A stretch of 64,000 nt of DNA from an uncultured Chitinophaga sp. (GTDB lineage Bacteria; Bacteroidota; Bacteroidia; UKL13-3): contig CAYUDC010000001.1 of NCBI GenBank assembly GCA_964443415.1, forward strand, positions 21,039 to 85,038. The letters are read 5' to 3'. A model generated the notes under the pieces. That model saw only the letters and a program-made list of their open reading frames with translations, was not told where the DNA came from and did no database searches. Position 1 is the first letter of the stretch. The number at the start of each line of letters is the position of its first letter. This document shows, piece after piece, positions 55,416 to 64,000 of this stretch. Position numbers and translations under genes: made by a program.

Positions 55416-56069
55416 ATGGATTTTATTGAACTACATCGTTTTCTTTCAGAATTACGAGATAATAATCATAAAGAATGGTTCGATAACCACCGTAAACGAT
55501 ATGAATCTTTACGAGCAGATTGGATAAAGTTTGTAGATCAGCTAATTCAAGAGATTGCCATTTTTGATCCAGATATTGCTGGCTTGGTGGCAAAAGACTG
55601 CATTTTTAGGATCAATAAGGATATTCGTTTTTCCAAAGATAAATCGCCGTATAAAACCAATTTTGGTGCTAGTATCAATATCGGAGGCAAAAAGGAGTTT
55701 GTGGGGGGCTATTATTTGCACTTTGCACCAGACGAAATGTTTGCAGCAGGAGGTATTTACATGCCTAGCCCGCAAAAGTTGGCTGCCATGCGTCAAGAGA
55801 TTGATTATAATTTTGAGGCTTTTCAAAAAATTGTTCAATCAAAAGCGTCACTCAAGCGATTCTCTAAGTTAGATGGCGAGAAGCTTGCCAGACCCCCAAA
55901 GGGCTATGAAGCAGATAACCAGGCTATTGAGTATCTAAAAATGAAAAGCTTTATCTGGACAGAGCATTTTACTTTGGATCAATTTGCTAAAAAAACCTTG
56001 TTGAAGGATTTATCCAAGAGTTATTTAGAAATGAAACCGTTAAATGACTTTATTAGGAATTGCGAGTGA
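55416..56069 (+). CDS. DUF2461 (TIGR02453) family protein
   Basis: LRDNNHKEWFDNHRKRYE...CIFRINKDIRFSKDKSPYKTNF matches the conserved DUF2461 N-terminal signature. Confidence 0.75.
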   Translation: MDFIELHRFLSELRDNNHKEWFDNHRKRYESLRADWIKFVDQLIQEIAIFDPDIAGLVAKDCIFRINKDIRFSKDKSPYKTNFGASINIGGKKEFVGGYYLHFAPDEMFAAGGIYMPSPQKLAAMRQEIDYNFEAFQKIVQSKASLKRFSKLDGEKLARPPKGYEADNQAIEYLKMKSFIWTEHFTLDQFAKKTLLKDLSKSYLEMKPLNDFIRNCE

Positions 56070-57060
56070 GCAACGACTCAATGATTTCCATTTTATGTTG
56101 GGTTTCAAACCATTCTTTTTCAGCATCAGAATCTTTGGTAATGCCCGCTCCGGCATATAGTAAATAGCCATTTTGTGCCACCCTTGCGCATCTTAGGTTC
56201 ACATGCATTATTTTTTTGTCGGGTTGAACCAAACCTATGATGCCACTGTAATAATTTCGATCTATGGATTCGTTTGTTTGTATAAATTGATACGCTTTAT
56301 CTCTAGGAATGCCATTGATGGCTGGTGTTGGTTGTAAAGCCTTTGCAATGTCGAAAATGGTCTTGTTGGTGGAAGTGATATTGATTTCTGTTTTTAAATG
56401 TTTTAGTGGGCCAACCGACACTTCTTTTGCTGGATGGGCATTTGCCAAAATTTGCTCATTTGCTAACGTGTTTGTAATGTAATCTGTTACCATTTGCTGT
56501 TCTTCAAATTCCTTGGCGGTCCATTTATCTTGGTGTTTTCCTAAAGTGCCAGCCAAAGAAACAGTTTTATATTGGCCCTCTTCTATTTGTTCCACGAGCA
56601 ATTCTGGGCTTGCCCCAAGCCAAATATGATCTGCGTCCATTTGAGTGAGATAAACAAATCCTTCAGGGTATTTTTGAGTTAATGCTAAAAAAACTTCGAT
56701 GGGAGACGTAGAAGAAGGAACAAATCTTGAATTTGCCAAAACCACCTTTTTAAAGTTGGTTTTTGGATGGTTCATTTGTTGAATGGCCATTACTACTGCA
56801 TCAACATATTGGTTTTTTATGGCTTTATTTTCAGTTGGTTCAAACTTACAGACGATAGGAGTTAGGGCAAGTACCTTTTCAATCGAGATTTCTTGCGGTG
56901 AGCCTTCCAGTATTTTTAAGTTTTGGTTCAAACCGAACTCACATGCTACAAACCCAAATTTTGGTTCTTTTATTTCTAAAGGGTTTATCTCTTGAAAACT
57001 GCCTTCTATGAAATAAATTATTTTGCTTTTTGGGAGTCTAAATAGGGCAAATGTTTTCAT
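56053..57060 (-). CDS. menF: Isochorismate synthase (menaquinone pathway, MenF-like)
   Basis: C-terminal chorismate-binding signature YSGIIGLV...LYAGAGITKDSDAEKEWFETQHKM. Its 3' end overlaps the convergent DUF2461 gene by 17 nt. Confidence 0.7.
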   Translation of the reverse strand: MKTFALFRLPKSKIIYFIEGSFQEINPLEIKEPKFGFVACEFGLNQNLKILEGSPQEISIEKVLALTPIVCKFEPTENKAIKNQYVDAVVMAIQQMNHPKTNFKKVVLANSRFVPSSTSPIEVFLALTQKYPEGFVYLTQMDADHIWLGASPELLVEQIEEGQYKTVSLAGTLGKHQDKWTAKEFEEQQMVTDYITNTLANEQILANAHPAKEVSVGPLKHLKTEINITSTNKTIFDIAKALQPTPAINGIPRDKAYQFIQTNESIDRNYYSGIIGLVQPDKKIMHVNLRCARVAQNGYLLYAGAGITKDSDAEKEWFETQHKMEIIESLLTRNS

Positions 57061-57494
57061 GTTTGGGGGATAGCCATCACAGATAAAGTAAGCCTGCTAA
57101 TACAGCATAGTTTTCCTTCATCATTTTTTATCTGTATTTCCCAAACTTGCGTGGTTTTTCCAATATGAAAGGGTTTGGCGGTACCATATACATACCCTTT
57201 GCCCGCACTTTTAAGGTGATTGGCATTAATATCTAAGCCTAAAGCCACAAACCTTGTGCGGTCTATGCATAGGTTTCCTGCCATGCTGCCAACTGTTTCT
57301 GCCAAGGCACAAAATGCGCCTCCATTTACCACCCCTAGAGGTTGAACCGTTCTGTGATCAACTGGCATTTTGGCTACTAGGTAATCCTCGCCAATTTCAC
57401 AGAAACTAATGCCCAACCATTCGCTCATGGTATTGGCGCATCTTTCATTTAATTTATCTAAACCAATTTCATCTTTATTTTTGAAGATGCTCAT
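57057..57494 (-). CDS. PaaI-family hotdog-fold thioesterase (candidate 1,4-dihydroxy-2-naphthoyl-CoA hydrolase)
   Basis: Hotdog thioesterase motif GVVNGGAFCALAETVGSMAG. There is a 4-nt ATGA-type overlap with menF downstream, which suggests co-translation with a menaquinone gene. Confidence 0.65.
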   Translation of the reverse strand: MSIFKNKDEIGLDKLNERCANTMSEWLGISFCEIGEDYLVAKMPVDHRTVQPLGVVNGGAFCALAETVGSMAGNLCIDRTRFVALGLDINANHLKSAGKGYVYGTAKPFHIGKTTQVWEIQIKNDEGKLCCISRLTLSVMAIPQT

Positions 57495-57496
57495 GC

Positions 57497-59485
57497 TTAT
57501 ATGATACTTTTTTCTTTATAGGTGTATTTAACTATTTTACTATAAAGCTCTTCGGGGTTAAAAGGTTTTGTAACATAGTCGTTCATTCCGGCCTCAATTA
57601 CTTTTCTGCGTGTTTCTAAGAAGGCATCTGCAGAAAGTGCGATGATTGGGATGTTTGGATTTTTAACGGCAGAATTATTTCCTCTGATGATTTCAGCTGC
57701 TTGAAAACCGCTCATTTCGGGCATTTGGAGGTCCATTAATACCATGTCAAAATCGTCTCGTTCTATCAACATTGAAATGGCCTCGGCACCATGATTGGCA
57801 ATGAACAGTTCGTTTTTCCATTTCTTAAAGAATTGTTTGGCTACAAACTGGTTCATGAGGTTATCTTCTACTAACAGTATCTTTAAGCTAGATAAATCGG
57901 TTGGCTCGTCGGCCTTTTTCTTTTTCTCTTCTAGGTTAATGGCATTTCCAACCAAATAGTTGATGGTAGCAAAAAATGTGGTGCCTTCGCCCACTGCGCT
58001 GGTAAGCGATAATTCGCCTCCTTGTAATTGAACCAAGTTTTTAGTGATGGCCAATCCAAGACCGGTGCCCCCATATTTTCTGGTAGTATCTGTATTTGCT
58101 TGAGTAAAGCTTTCGAATATTTTGGCTTGTGCACTTTGTGGAATGCCAATACCAGTATCTTTTACTGCAAATTGAAGGGTGATTTTGTTGTCTTCTTTTG
58201 AAAGTAATTTTGCTGAAACTTTTATAAATCCTTCGGAGGTAAACTTGATGGCATTTCCTACAAGGTTAAACAATACTTGATTTAATCTGTAAGGATCGCC
58301 TTTGATCACACTAGGAATTTGGCTGTCTATATCTATTTCAAATCCAACACCTTTCTCTTTGGTGCGGTGCTCGAAGGTTTTTCTAAGTTCGGCCATGCGA
58401 TGTCTTAGGTCGAAATCAATGTTTTCGAAAGTAACTTTGCCAGCCTCAATTTTAGAGAAATCAAGGATGTCATTGATAATTACCAAAAGATTATCGGCAG
58501 AGTATTTAATAGATTTAATGTTTTCTAAAATTGTGCCTTCAAAAGATTCTTCTAACAGTAATTCAGTTAATCCAATGATGGCATTCATAGGTGTTCTGAT
58601 TTCATGACTCATGTTGGAGAGGAATTCAGATTTTGCTTGAGCGGCGGCAATGGCATCATTTTTAGCTTGAAGGAGGTCCTGCTCAATTTTTTTATTTTTA
58701 GTTACATCTTGCGAATAAATGGCCACCCCTGTAACAGATGAGCTTCCATCAATAATGGGGTTAAAGGTGGTTTCATACCAAGGTGTTTCTTTAGTAGCAT
58801 CATTGCTAAAGCTAACTTGTTCTAGTACGGTAAACTGTTCTCCCAAAAAGCAGCGTTCGATGTTGGCAATTAGCGTGTTTTTGCGTTCTTCAGATAAGGG
58901 TAGGTCTTTTAGGTTGATATCAGCTTTAACCACATCGTGCATTCTCAGGAGATGTTCTAGGTTTTCTTTAAAGGAAGAGTTAAACGAAATGAGGTTTAAA
59001 TTTCTGTCAAATGCATAGATTAAGTTTTTGGTGCTTTCGAGAATCGCATTTAAACGGCTATTGTTTTCAATGATTTTCTTTTCAGCAATAAACCTTTGCT
59101 TTTCGGAGTCGGATAAACGAACTGCAGAAAAAACTACTTTCGAAATTTTATCAGGGTTTATTTCACTTTTGGTAAAATAGTCGAAAGCCCCGTTTTTAAT
59201 CATTTCAACGGCAATTTTTTCATCCCCTTGAGAAGTCATTACAGCAACTGGGGTATTCACCGCCATGTCGCGCATTTTCATGAGAAGTTGTAAACCGTCG
59301 ATACCAGGTAAAAGGTAGTCTAGGAAAATGCAATCAAAAGCATTTTGCTCTATGGCAGAAAGAGCTTCATCTGCGTTATAGCAAATGGTTAGATGGTGGG
59401 GTAATTCAGATTTTCGCAAAGACCTTTGAAAGGTCATTACGTCTACCTCGTCATCATCAATAAGTAAGAGTTTGTAATCAGGCAT
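57497..59485 (-). CDS. Hybrid sensor histidine kinase: REC-PAS-HisKA-HATPase_c-REC
   Basis: N-terminal receiver (LLLIDDDEVDV...IFLDYLLPGIDG). H-box SHEIRTPMNAIIG. G-box GGTGLGLAITKNLV. C-terminal receiver (ILLVEDNLMNQ...VLMDLQMPEMSG...K). Confidence 0.85.
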   Translation of the reverse strand: MPDYKLLLIDDDEVDVMTFQRSLRKSELPHHLTICYNADEALSAIEQNAFDCIFLDYLLPGIDGLQLLMKMRDMAVNTPVAVMTSQGDEKIAVEMIKNGAFDYFTKSEINPDKISKVVFSAVRLSDSEKQRFIAEKKIIENNSRLNAILESTKNLIYAFDRNLNLISFNSSFKENLEHLLRMHDVVKADINLKDLPLSEERKNTLIANIERCFLGEQFTVLEQVSFSNDATKETPWYETTFNPIIDGSSSVTGVAIYSQDVTKNKKIEQDLLQAKNDAIAAAQAKSEFLSNMSHEIRTPMNAIIGLTELLLEESFEGTILENIKSIKYSADNLLVIINDILDFSKIEAGKVTFENIDFDLRHRMAELRKTFEHRTKEKGVGFEIDIDSQIPSVIKGDPYRLNQVLFNLVGNAIKFTSEGFIKVSAKLLSKEDNKITLQFAVKDTGIGIPQSAQAKIFESFTQANTDTTRKYGGTGLGLAITKNLVQLQGGELSLTSAVGEGTTFFATINYLVGNAINLEEKKKKADEPTDLSSLKILLVEDNLMNQFVAKQFFKKWKNELFIANHGAEAISMLIERDDFDMVLMDLQMPEMSGFQAAEIIRGNNSAVKNPNIPIIALSADAFLETRRKVIEAGMNDYVTKPFNPEELYSKIVKYTYKEKSII

Positions 59486-59509
59486 GAGCTTGTAATTCCA
59501 ACACTAGGA

Positions 59510-59959
59510 TTAGTGTTCTGGATATTCACAAAGTTTCCAATAATTATTTAAGGTAGAAACTGCCTCTACAAAGCGTTCCATGCTTAATGGCTTAAGGATA
59601 TATCCTGCCACGTTTAAGTTATAAGCATCTACTTTGTCTTTGTCTTCATTTGAGGTAGTCATTACAAAAACGCTTATGTTTTTAAGCTTTTCGTCCTTTC
59701 TTATTTCTCTGAGAAATTCAATTCCACCCATTTTAGGCATATTCAAATCCAGCAAAACTATTTTTGGTAGTTCGCTAATGGGTTCTTTGTTGCCCCTCAA
59801 AAATTCAAGAGCTTCAAGTCCATTATTGCATATAAATAATGGATTGGTGACATTATTTTTTTTGAATGCTCTTTTTACATTCATTACATCCACCTCATCG
59901 TCTTCTACTAATAAAATATTCACTAATTTGTCTCCCATGTTAAAATTGTTGTTGTTCAT
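59510..59959 (-). CDS. Stand-alone receiver-domain response regulator (CheY/Rcp1-like)
   Basis: ILLVEDDEVDVMNVKRAF...VLLDLNMPKMGGIEFL...ILKPL. No output domain. An alternative start is the ATG at 59938 (MGDKL). Confidence 0.8.
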   Translation of the reverse strand: MNNNNFNMGDKLVNILLVEDDEVDVMNVKRAFKKNNVTNPLFICNNGLEALEFLRGNKEPISELPKIVLLDLNMPKMGGIEFLREIRKDEKLKNISVFVMTTSNEDKDKVDAYNLNVAGYILKPLSMERFVEAVSTLNNYWKLCEYPEH

Positions 59960-60029
59960 TTAGCCTCTTCAATTTTACGAAATTACTATGTAGCTACAAA
60001 GCGTTAATTAATCATTTAATAATAGAAAA

Positions 60030-61697
60030 TTAGGTAGGCCAAGTAAAGAAGAATTTTGCTCCTCTACCTTTTTCAGATTCTAGCCATGTTTTACCTCCAT
60101 AATCTTCAATTATTTTCTTTCCAATAGCCAATCCTGCTCCAATATTTTCAATCTCGTCCCTTCTTTCAAGAGTTTGAAAAATGGTAAATATTTTTTGATG
60201 AAATTCTGCTGGGATTCCAGGGCCATTATCTGCCACACAAAATTCAGCAAATCCGCCTCTAAATCTTCCTGTAATGTTCACCACTGGATGGTCTTTGAGG
60301 TTATGATTAATGGCATTTGAAATAAATACATTAAAAACCTCATATAGGTCTTTTCTATTTGCAGTAACCTTTGGCAATTGGTCATCAATGAGGATGCTAC
60401 AATCCTCGGGAATTTCGCAATTGTTTAGCACAGACTCTACCAACTCGTTGGTATCCACACTTATTTGAGCATCTAAAGACTTTCCTGCTCTAGAATAAGA
60501 GAGAATTGAATTTATTAAACTTTCCATTCTATGCACTCTGCCTTTTAACAGATGGAAATACTTTTTAGAGTCATCAGGCATGATGTCTTCTAAGTCCTCC
60601 TCAATCCATTCCGCCAAATTGTTTATTCCTCTTAAAGGGCTTTTTAAATCGTGAGAGGTGATATAAGCAAATTGGTCAAGTTCTTTGTTTTTCTTTTCTA
60701 GTCTGATATTGGTATTCTCGAGCGATGAAATAGTGTCTTCCACTCTTTTTTTAGAAAGCTTAAGGTTGTCCCTCATTTCTGTTAAGGCTTTTCCTAATCT
60801 ATCTTTTCTGCTAAGCATTGGAACCTTTATCTCGTAATCGCCTTTACCAATGGCATTGGCAACTTGTTCCTTTGTTTTAAAGCCTTGCACAACTTTTTGG
60901 GCAGAGTTGATCATTTCACCAATTTCGTCCTCTCTAGCAATATGGGATTGAAAGTTTATAATTTTTCCTTCGCCCACTTCATCTAGTATTCCACTCAATT
61001 CTTTAATAGGTTGAATGATGGTAACGTTAGTGATATAAACCGAGAGAATACTTAGGAGCATGATGGCAAAAATCATGATCAAGAGCAAGTATGAAAGTGT
61101 TCTATAGGAAGCAAATTTTTGTGTTGTCATCCTATTAAATACGGCAATAGCCATAAGGCTAGTTTCATTCAGTTCTAGTTTTATGTGATTAATATCGTAC
61201 TCCATGGTGTCTCGCTTAATCAGCATATTTTCCATGAGAGATTTTTCTTTAGTAAGCTCAAAAGAATCTGACAGGATAATGATTTCTTTTTGGGCCATTG
61301 CTACTTTTTCGAATTTCTTATCGGCAGCAATTATTCTCTTTTTAATTTCGGCTAGGCCAGGCTCTTGACAGATATTTATTAGGTCTAGTTTGTGACTATT
61401 GTATACTCTCTTGAGGATGTGTTTCAGTCTATTTTTTTTAACGTCGTCTTTTTCTTGGGGTATATCATAAGCCAGGTTTCCTGATTCTTCGATAATGTCT
61501 TGGTAGTTTTTAATGGAGCTAATTACTGGACTAAAGCTATCTGCAATTTTGATATCGATATTTTTTCCGTACTGCAAAAGCAGCAATGCCGCAACGGTGA
61601 AGGCTAGTACAATCATTATCACAGCAAAAAAGCTGATGGCAGTTCTAGTGCCAATCCGCATTTTATATAGCCGTTTAATTAATCCTTCTAGAAACAT
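60030..61697 (-). CDS. Membrane sensor histidine kinase with HAMP and coiled-coil (Cph1-type H-box)
   Basis: Two TM helices flank a periplasmic domain of about 180 aa. H-box ITSHDLKSPLRGI, N-box FISNAINHN, and G-box GAGLAIGKKII follow. In-frame starts at 61763, 61697 and 61661 are all possible. I chose 61697. Confidence 0.75.
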   Translation of the reverse strand: MFLEGLIKRLYKMRIGTRTAISFFAVIMIVLAFTVAALLLLQYGKNIDIKIADSFSPVISSIKNYQDIIEESGNLAYDIPQEKDDVKKNRLKHILKRVYNSHKLDLINICQEPGLAEIKKRIIAADKKFEKVAMAQKEIIILSDSFELTKEKSLMENMLIKRDTMEYDINHIKLELNETSLMAIAVFNRMTTQKFASYRTLSYLLLIMIFAIMLLSILSVYITNVTIIQPIKELSGILDEVGEGKIINFQSHIAREDEIGEMINSAQKVVQGFKTKEQVANAIGKGDYEIKVPMLSRKDRLGKALTEMRDNLKLSKKRVEDTISSLENTNIRLEKKNKELDQFAYITSHDLKSPLRGINNLAEWIEEDLEDIMPDDSKKYFHLLKGRVHRMESLINSILSYSRAGKSLDAQISVDTNELVESVLNNCEIPEDCSILIDDQLPKVTANRKDLYEVFNVFISNAINHNLKDHPVVNITGRFRGGFAEFCVADNGPGIPAEFHQKIFTIFQTLERRDEIENIGAGLAIGKKIIEDYGGKTWLESEKGRGAKFFFTWPT

Positions 61698-61924
61698 CAA
61701 ATAAATTCTAAGCAAACAAATGTCCACATAAAAAAGGCATATTAACAAGGCACAGAACCTCAATTAATTGTGGAAAAGACAATGTATTCGACAGTTTTAA
61801 ACAGGCGCTTTTTTTAAATTTTTTGGGTAGAAATCTGTTATTTTATCGTTTTTTTCGGGTCGAACCAAAACCAAAAACATAACACCTTTTTTAGTAGTTA
61901 CATTAGATGTAATTTTGCTACCGT

Positions 61925-62236
61925 ATGAATAATTATTCCTTATCTAATTTTAGGCAATTGCCCGTGTCGGAGGTTTCTCAATTAAAATCATTAAGATTTT
62001 CTGAAATGGATGTGCTTACACATTCAGAAGATGTAAGGGTTAGAAGAACCAATTTAGACAAAGCGCTATCTTTAAATTCAAGTGAGCTGCTTATAACTGC
62101 CATCATTTTAAAATCGGCAGAAGGCAATTTATATAAATTAGAGGCAAAGGTTACCGCATTTGACGGTCAAAAAATAAATACAAGCAAAGGATTGGCAATT
62201 CCTTTAACTTGTATTTATAGTATAGATTTTTATTAA
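61925..62236 (+). CDS. Hypothetical small protein
   Basis: A 103-aa ORF in a 160-bp gap-flanked slot with no overlapping alternative. No recognisable motif. Confidence 0.35.
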   Translation: MNNYSLSNFRQLPVSEVSQLKSLRFSEMDVLTHSEDVRVRRTNLDKALSLNSSELLITAIILKSAEGNLYKLEAKVTAFDGQKINTSKGLAIPLTCIYSIDFY

Positions 62237-62238
62237 GG

Positions 62239-64000
62239 TTATTCTACTGTAACAGACTTGGCCAAGTTTCTTGGCTGGTCTACATTACAACCTCTAAGTA
62301 CTGCAATATGGTAAGAAAGTAATTGCAAAGGGATGGTTGCAATTAATGGGAGCAGGGCCTCTTCACAGCTTGGGATGTAAATTACATGGTCTGCCATTGT
62401 TTTAACATGGTTGTCACCTTCTGTTACAATAGCAATTACCTTACCTTTTCTGGCTTTTACTTCCTGAATATTGCTTACCACTTTTTCATAATTGCTATGT
62501 TGGGTAGCAATTACAATTACTGGCATTTCTTCGTCAATTAAGGCAATAGGTCCATGTTTCATCTCTGCAGCAGGGTATCCTTCTGCATGTATATAAGAAA
62601 TTTCTTTAAGCTTAAGAGCGCCTTCTAAGGCTACCGGAAATCCGTAACCTCTTCCTAAATAAAGGGCATTTCTAGAGTCTTTTAGCTCTACAGCTAATTC
62701 TTTTATTTGGTTGTCTAAGAGTAATACCTTTTCAATTTTAGCAGGAATACTTTCAATTTCGTTTAATAGTTCGCGCATTCTGCTAGAAGGTAACGTGCCT
62801 CTCTTTTGTCCCATAGAAAGTGCCATTAATAAAAGGGCAGTTACTTGCGCAGTAAATGCTTTGGTAGAGGCAACCCCAATTTCTGGTCCAGCATGAGTAT
62901 ATGCCCCCGCATCGGTTGCTCTTGGAATACTAGCGCCAACCACATTACAAATTCCGAAAATCGTGGCTCCTTTTCTTTTTGCCAATTCTATGGCTGCTAA
63001 AGTATCTGCTGTTTCACCCGATTGCGAAATAGCAATTACAAAATCTTGTTCTCTGATAACCGGATTACGGTATCTAAATTCAGAGGCATACTCAACTTCA
63101 GTTGGGATTCTTGCAAAGTCTTCAAATAAATACTCTCCAACCAATCCAGCATGCCAAGAAGTGCCACAACCTAGGATTACAATTCTATCAAGGTTTTTAA
63201 TTTTGTCCTCAAATTTATCGATGCCAGCCATGGTAATCAATGGATCTGGCAAATGAATTCTTCCTCTAAATGAATCTAAAATACTTCTTGGTTGTTCAAA
63301 AATTTCTTTGAGCATGAAATGCTCATAACCACCTTTTTCTATGTTTTCAAGATTAAATTCAATCTCTTGAATATAAAGTGTTTTAGTAGTATTGTCAATG
63401 GTTTTGATGGTTAGGTCATTTCCATCAATGATGGCAATTTCGCCATCTTGCAGATAAACTACATTTCTGGTGTATTCTACAATGGGTGTGGCATCACTGG
63501 CAATAAAGTATTCGTTTTCTCCAATACCAATTACCATGGGGCTGCCTTTTTTGGCACCAATGAGGTAGTTAGGATCTTTTTTAGAAGTTATTACAATAGC
63601 ATAAGCTCCAACCACCTGTGTGAGCGCCATTCTAACTGCTTCCTCAAATTTTACCTCATTATTCTTATAAACCTCTTCTATCAGGTGAATGAGTACTTCT
63701 GTGTCTGTTTCACTCTTAAATACATGTCCTCTAGAAATAAGCATTTCTTTAAGGGCAGCATAATTTTCAATGATGCCATTATGAATCATGGCAAACTCTC
63801 CATCTCCAGAAAGATGAGGATGTGCGTTGGCATCATTTGGTTCTCCATGGGTTGCCCATCTGGTATGCCCCATGCCCGTTCTTGCACTTGTATCCTGAGT
63901 GCCTATTTCTTTTTCTAGATCACTAACTTTACCTGTTTTTTTGTACACCTTCATGTTGTTTGAAGTGTCAATTAAGGCAACACCAGCGCTATCATAACCG
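62239..64000 (-). CDS. glmS: Glutamine--fructose-6-phosphate aminotransferase, N-terminus beyond window edge
   Basis: Two SIS domains and the C-terminal GlmS signature (...DQPRNLAKSVTVE). The reading frame stays open upstream of the track Met through 64000 (...GYDSAGVALIDTSNNMKVYKK), matching the GlmS glutaminase N-domain. About 20 N-terminal codons are missing. Confidence 0.9.
   Translation of the reverse strand, partial: GYDSAGVALIDTSNNMKVYKKTGKVSDLEKEIGTQDTSARTGMGHTRWATHGEPNDANAHPHLSGDGEFAMIHNGIIENYAALKEMLISRGHVFKSETDTEVLIHLIEEVYKNNEVKFEEAVRMALTQVVGAYAIVITSKKDPNYLIGAKKGSPMVIGIGENEYFIASDATPIVEYTRNVVYLQDGEIAIIDGNDLTIKTIDNTTKTLYIQEIEFNLENIEKGGYEHFMLKEIFEQPRSILDSFRGRIHLPDPLITMAGIDKFEDKIKNLDRIVILGCGTSWHAGLVGEYLFEDFARIPTEVEYASEFRYRNPVIREQDFVIAISQSGETADTLAAIELAKRKGATIFGICNVVGASIPRATDAGAYTHAGPEIGVASTKAFTAQVTALLLMALSMGQKRGTLPSSRMRELLNEIESIPAKIEKVLLLDNQIKELAVELKDSRNALYLGRGYGFPVALEGALKLKEISYIHAEGYPAAEMKHGPIALIDEEMPVIVIATQHSNYEKVVSNIQEVKARKGKVIAIVTEGDNHVKTMADHVIYIPSCEEALLPLIATIPLQLLSYHIAVLRGCNVDQPRNLAKSVTVE

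Noticed and set aside
55542-55872. Overlapping ORFs of 98 aa (minus) and 105 aa (plus)
   Set aside because: They lie inside the DUF2461 gene, whose N-terminal signature is clear.
58302-59018. Plus-strand ORFs of 101 and 99 aa
   Set aside because: They are antisense to the hybrid histidine-kinase gene, whose H-box, G-box and receiver motifs all read on the minus strand.
62711-63918. Three plus-strand ORFs (61, 97 and 156 aa)
   Set aside because: They are antisense to glmS, which is unambiguous from its SIS domains and C-terminal signature.
1-64000. Mobile elements, CRISPR arrays, tRNA or rRNA genes
   Set aside because: No transposase, integrase or recombinase-like translation turned up. No short direct-repeat arrays with unique spacers appeared. 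No intergenic region is long enough (the longest are about 250 bp and AT-rich) or structured enough to hold an rRNA. A tRNA cannot be excluded without a covariance scan, but none is apparent.

Overview
This window looks like a chromosomal segment from a Bacteroidota genome: it is AT-rich by eye, carries T9SS C-terminal sorting domains, and has the DUF4286, DUF4292, DUF2851 and DUF2461 families plus rpoN. I support about 38 protein-coding genes on both strands. Housekeeping anchors are rpoN, dut, hflX, uvrA, a menF-like isochorismate synthase, and a glmS that runs off the 3' edge. The rest is mostly envelope and surface biology: a Wzx-like flippase, a sugar nucleotidyltransferase, a TPR-DUF4292-M23 peptidase operon, and a YdcF/DUF218 operon. 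There are three two-component clusters (two pairs and a singleton), one co-operonic with a PspC-domain protein and one forming a three-gene phosphorelay. I found no rRNA, tRNA, CRISPR array, transposase or integrase. The two most unusual regions are these. (1) 33.99-54.48 kb holds three consecutive T9SS cargo genes. The first is an extracellular endonuclease I fusion of 853 aa. The other two are giant proteins of 3055 aa and 2769 aa with old internal super-repeats, cysteine-rich GEVED-like modules and discoidin, CARDB, beta-helix and Ig-like domains. They share a pre-CTD module and are flanked by two clean intrinsic terminators. (2) 17.57-22.20 kb is a translationally coupled three-gene module: a polyprenyl-phosphate sugar GT2, a SAM methyltransferase, and a GT-C membrane glycosyltransferase fused to TPR repeats. 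It looks like a periplasmic protein or glycan glycosylation system. All functional calls rest on motifs read directly from the ORF translations plus family knowledge; no database search was possible.
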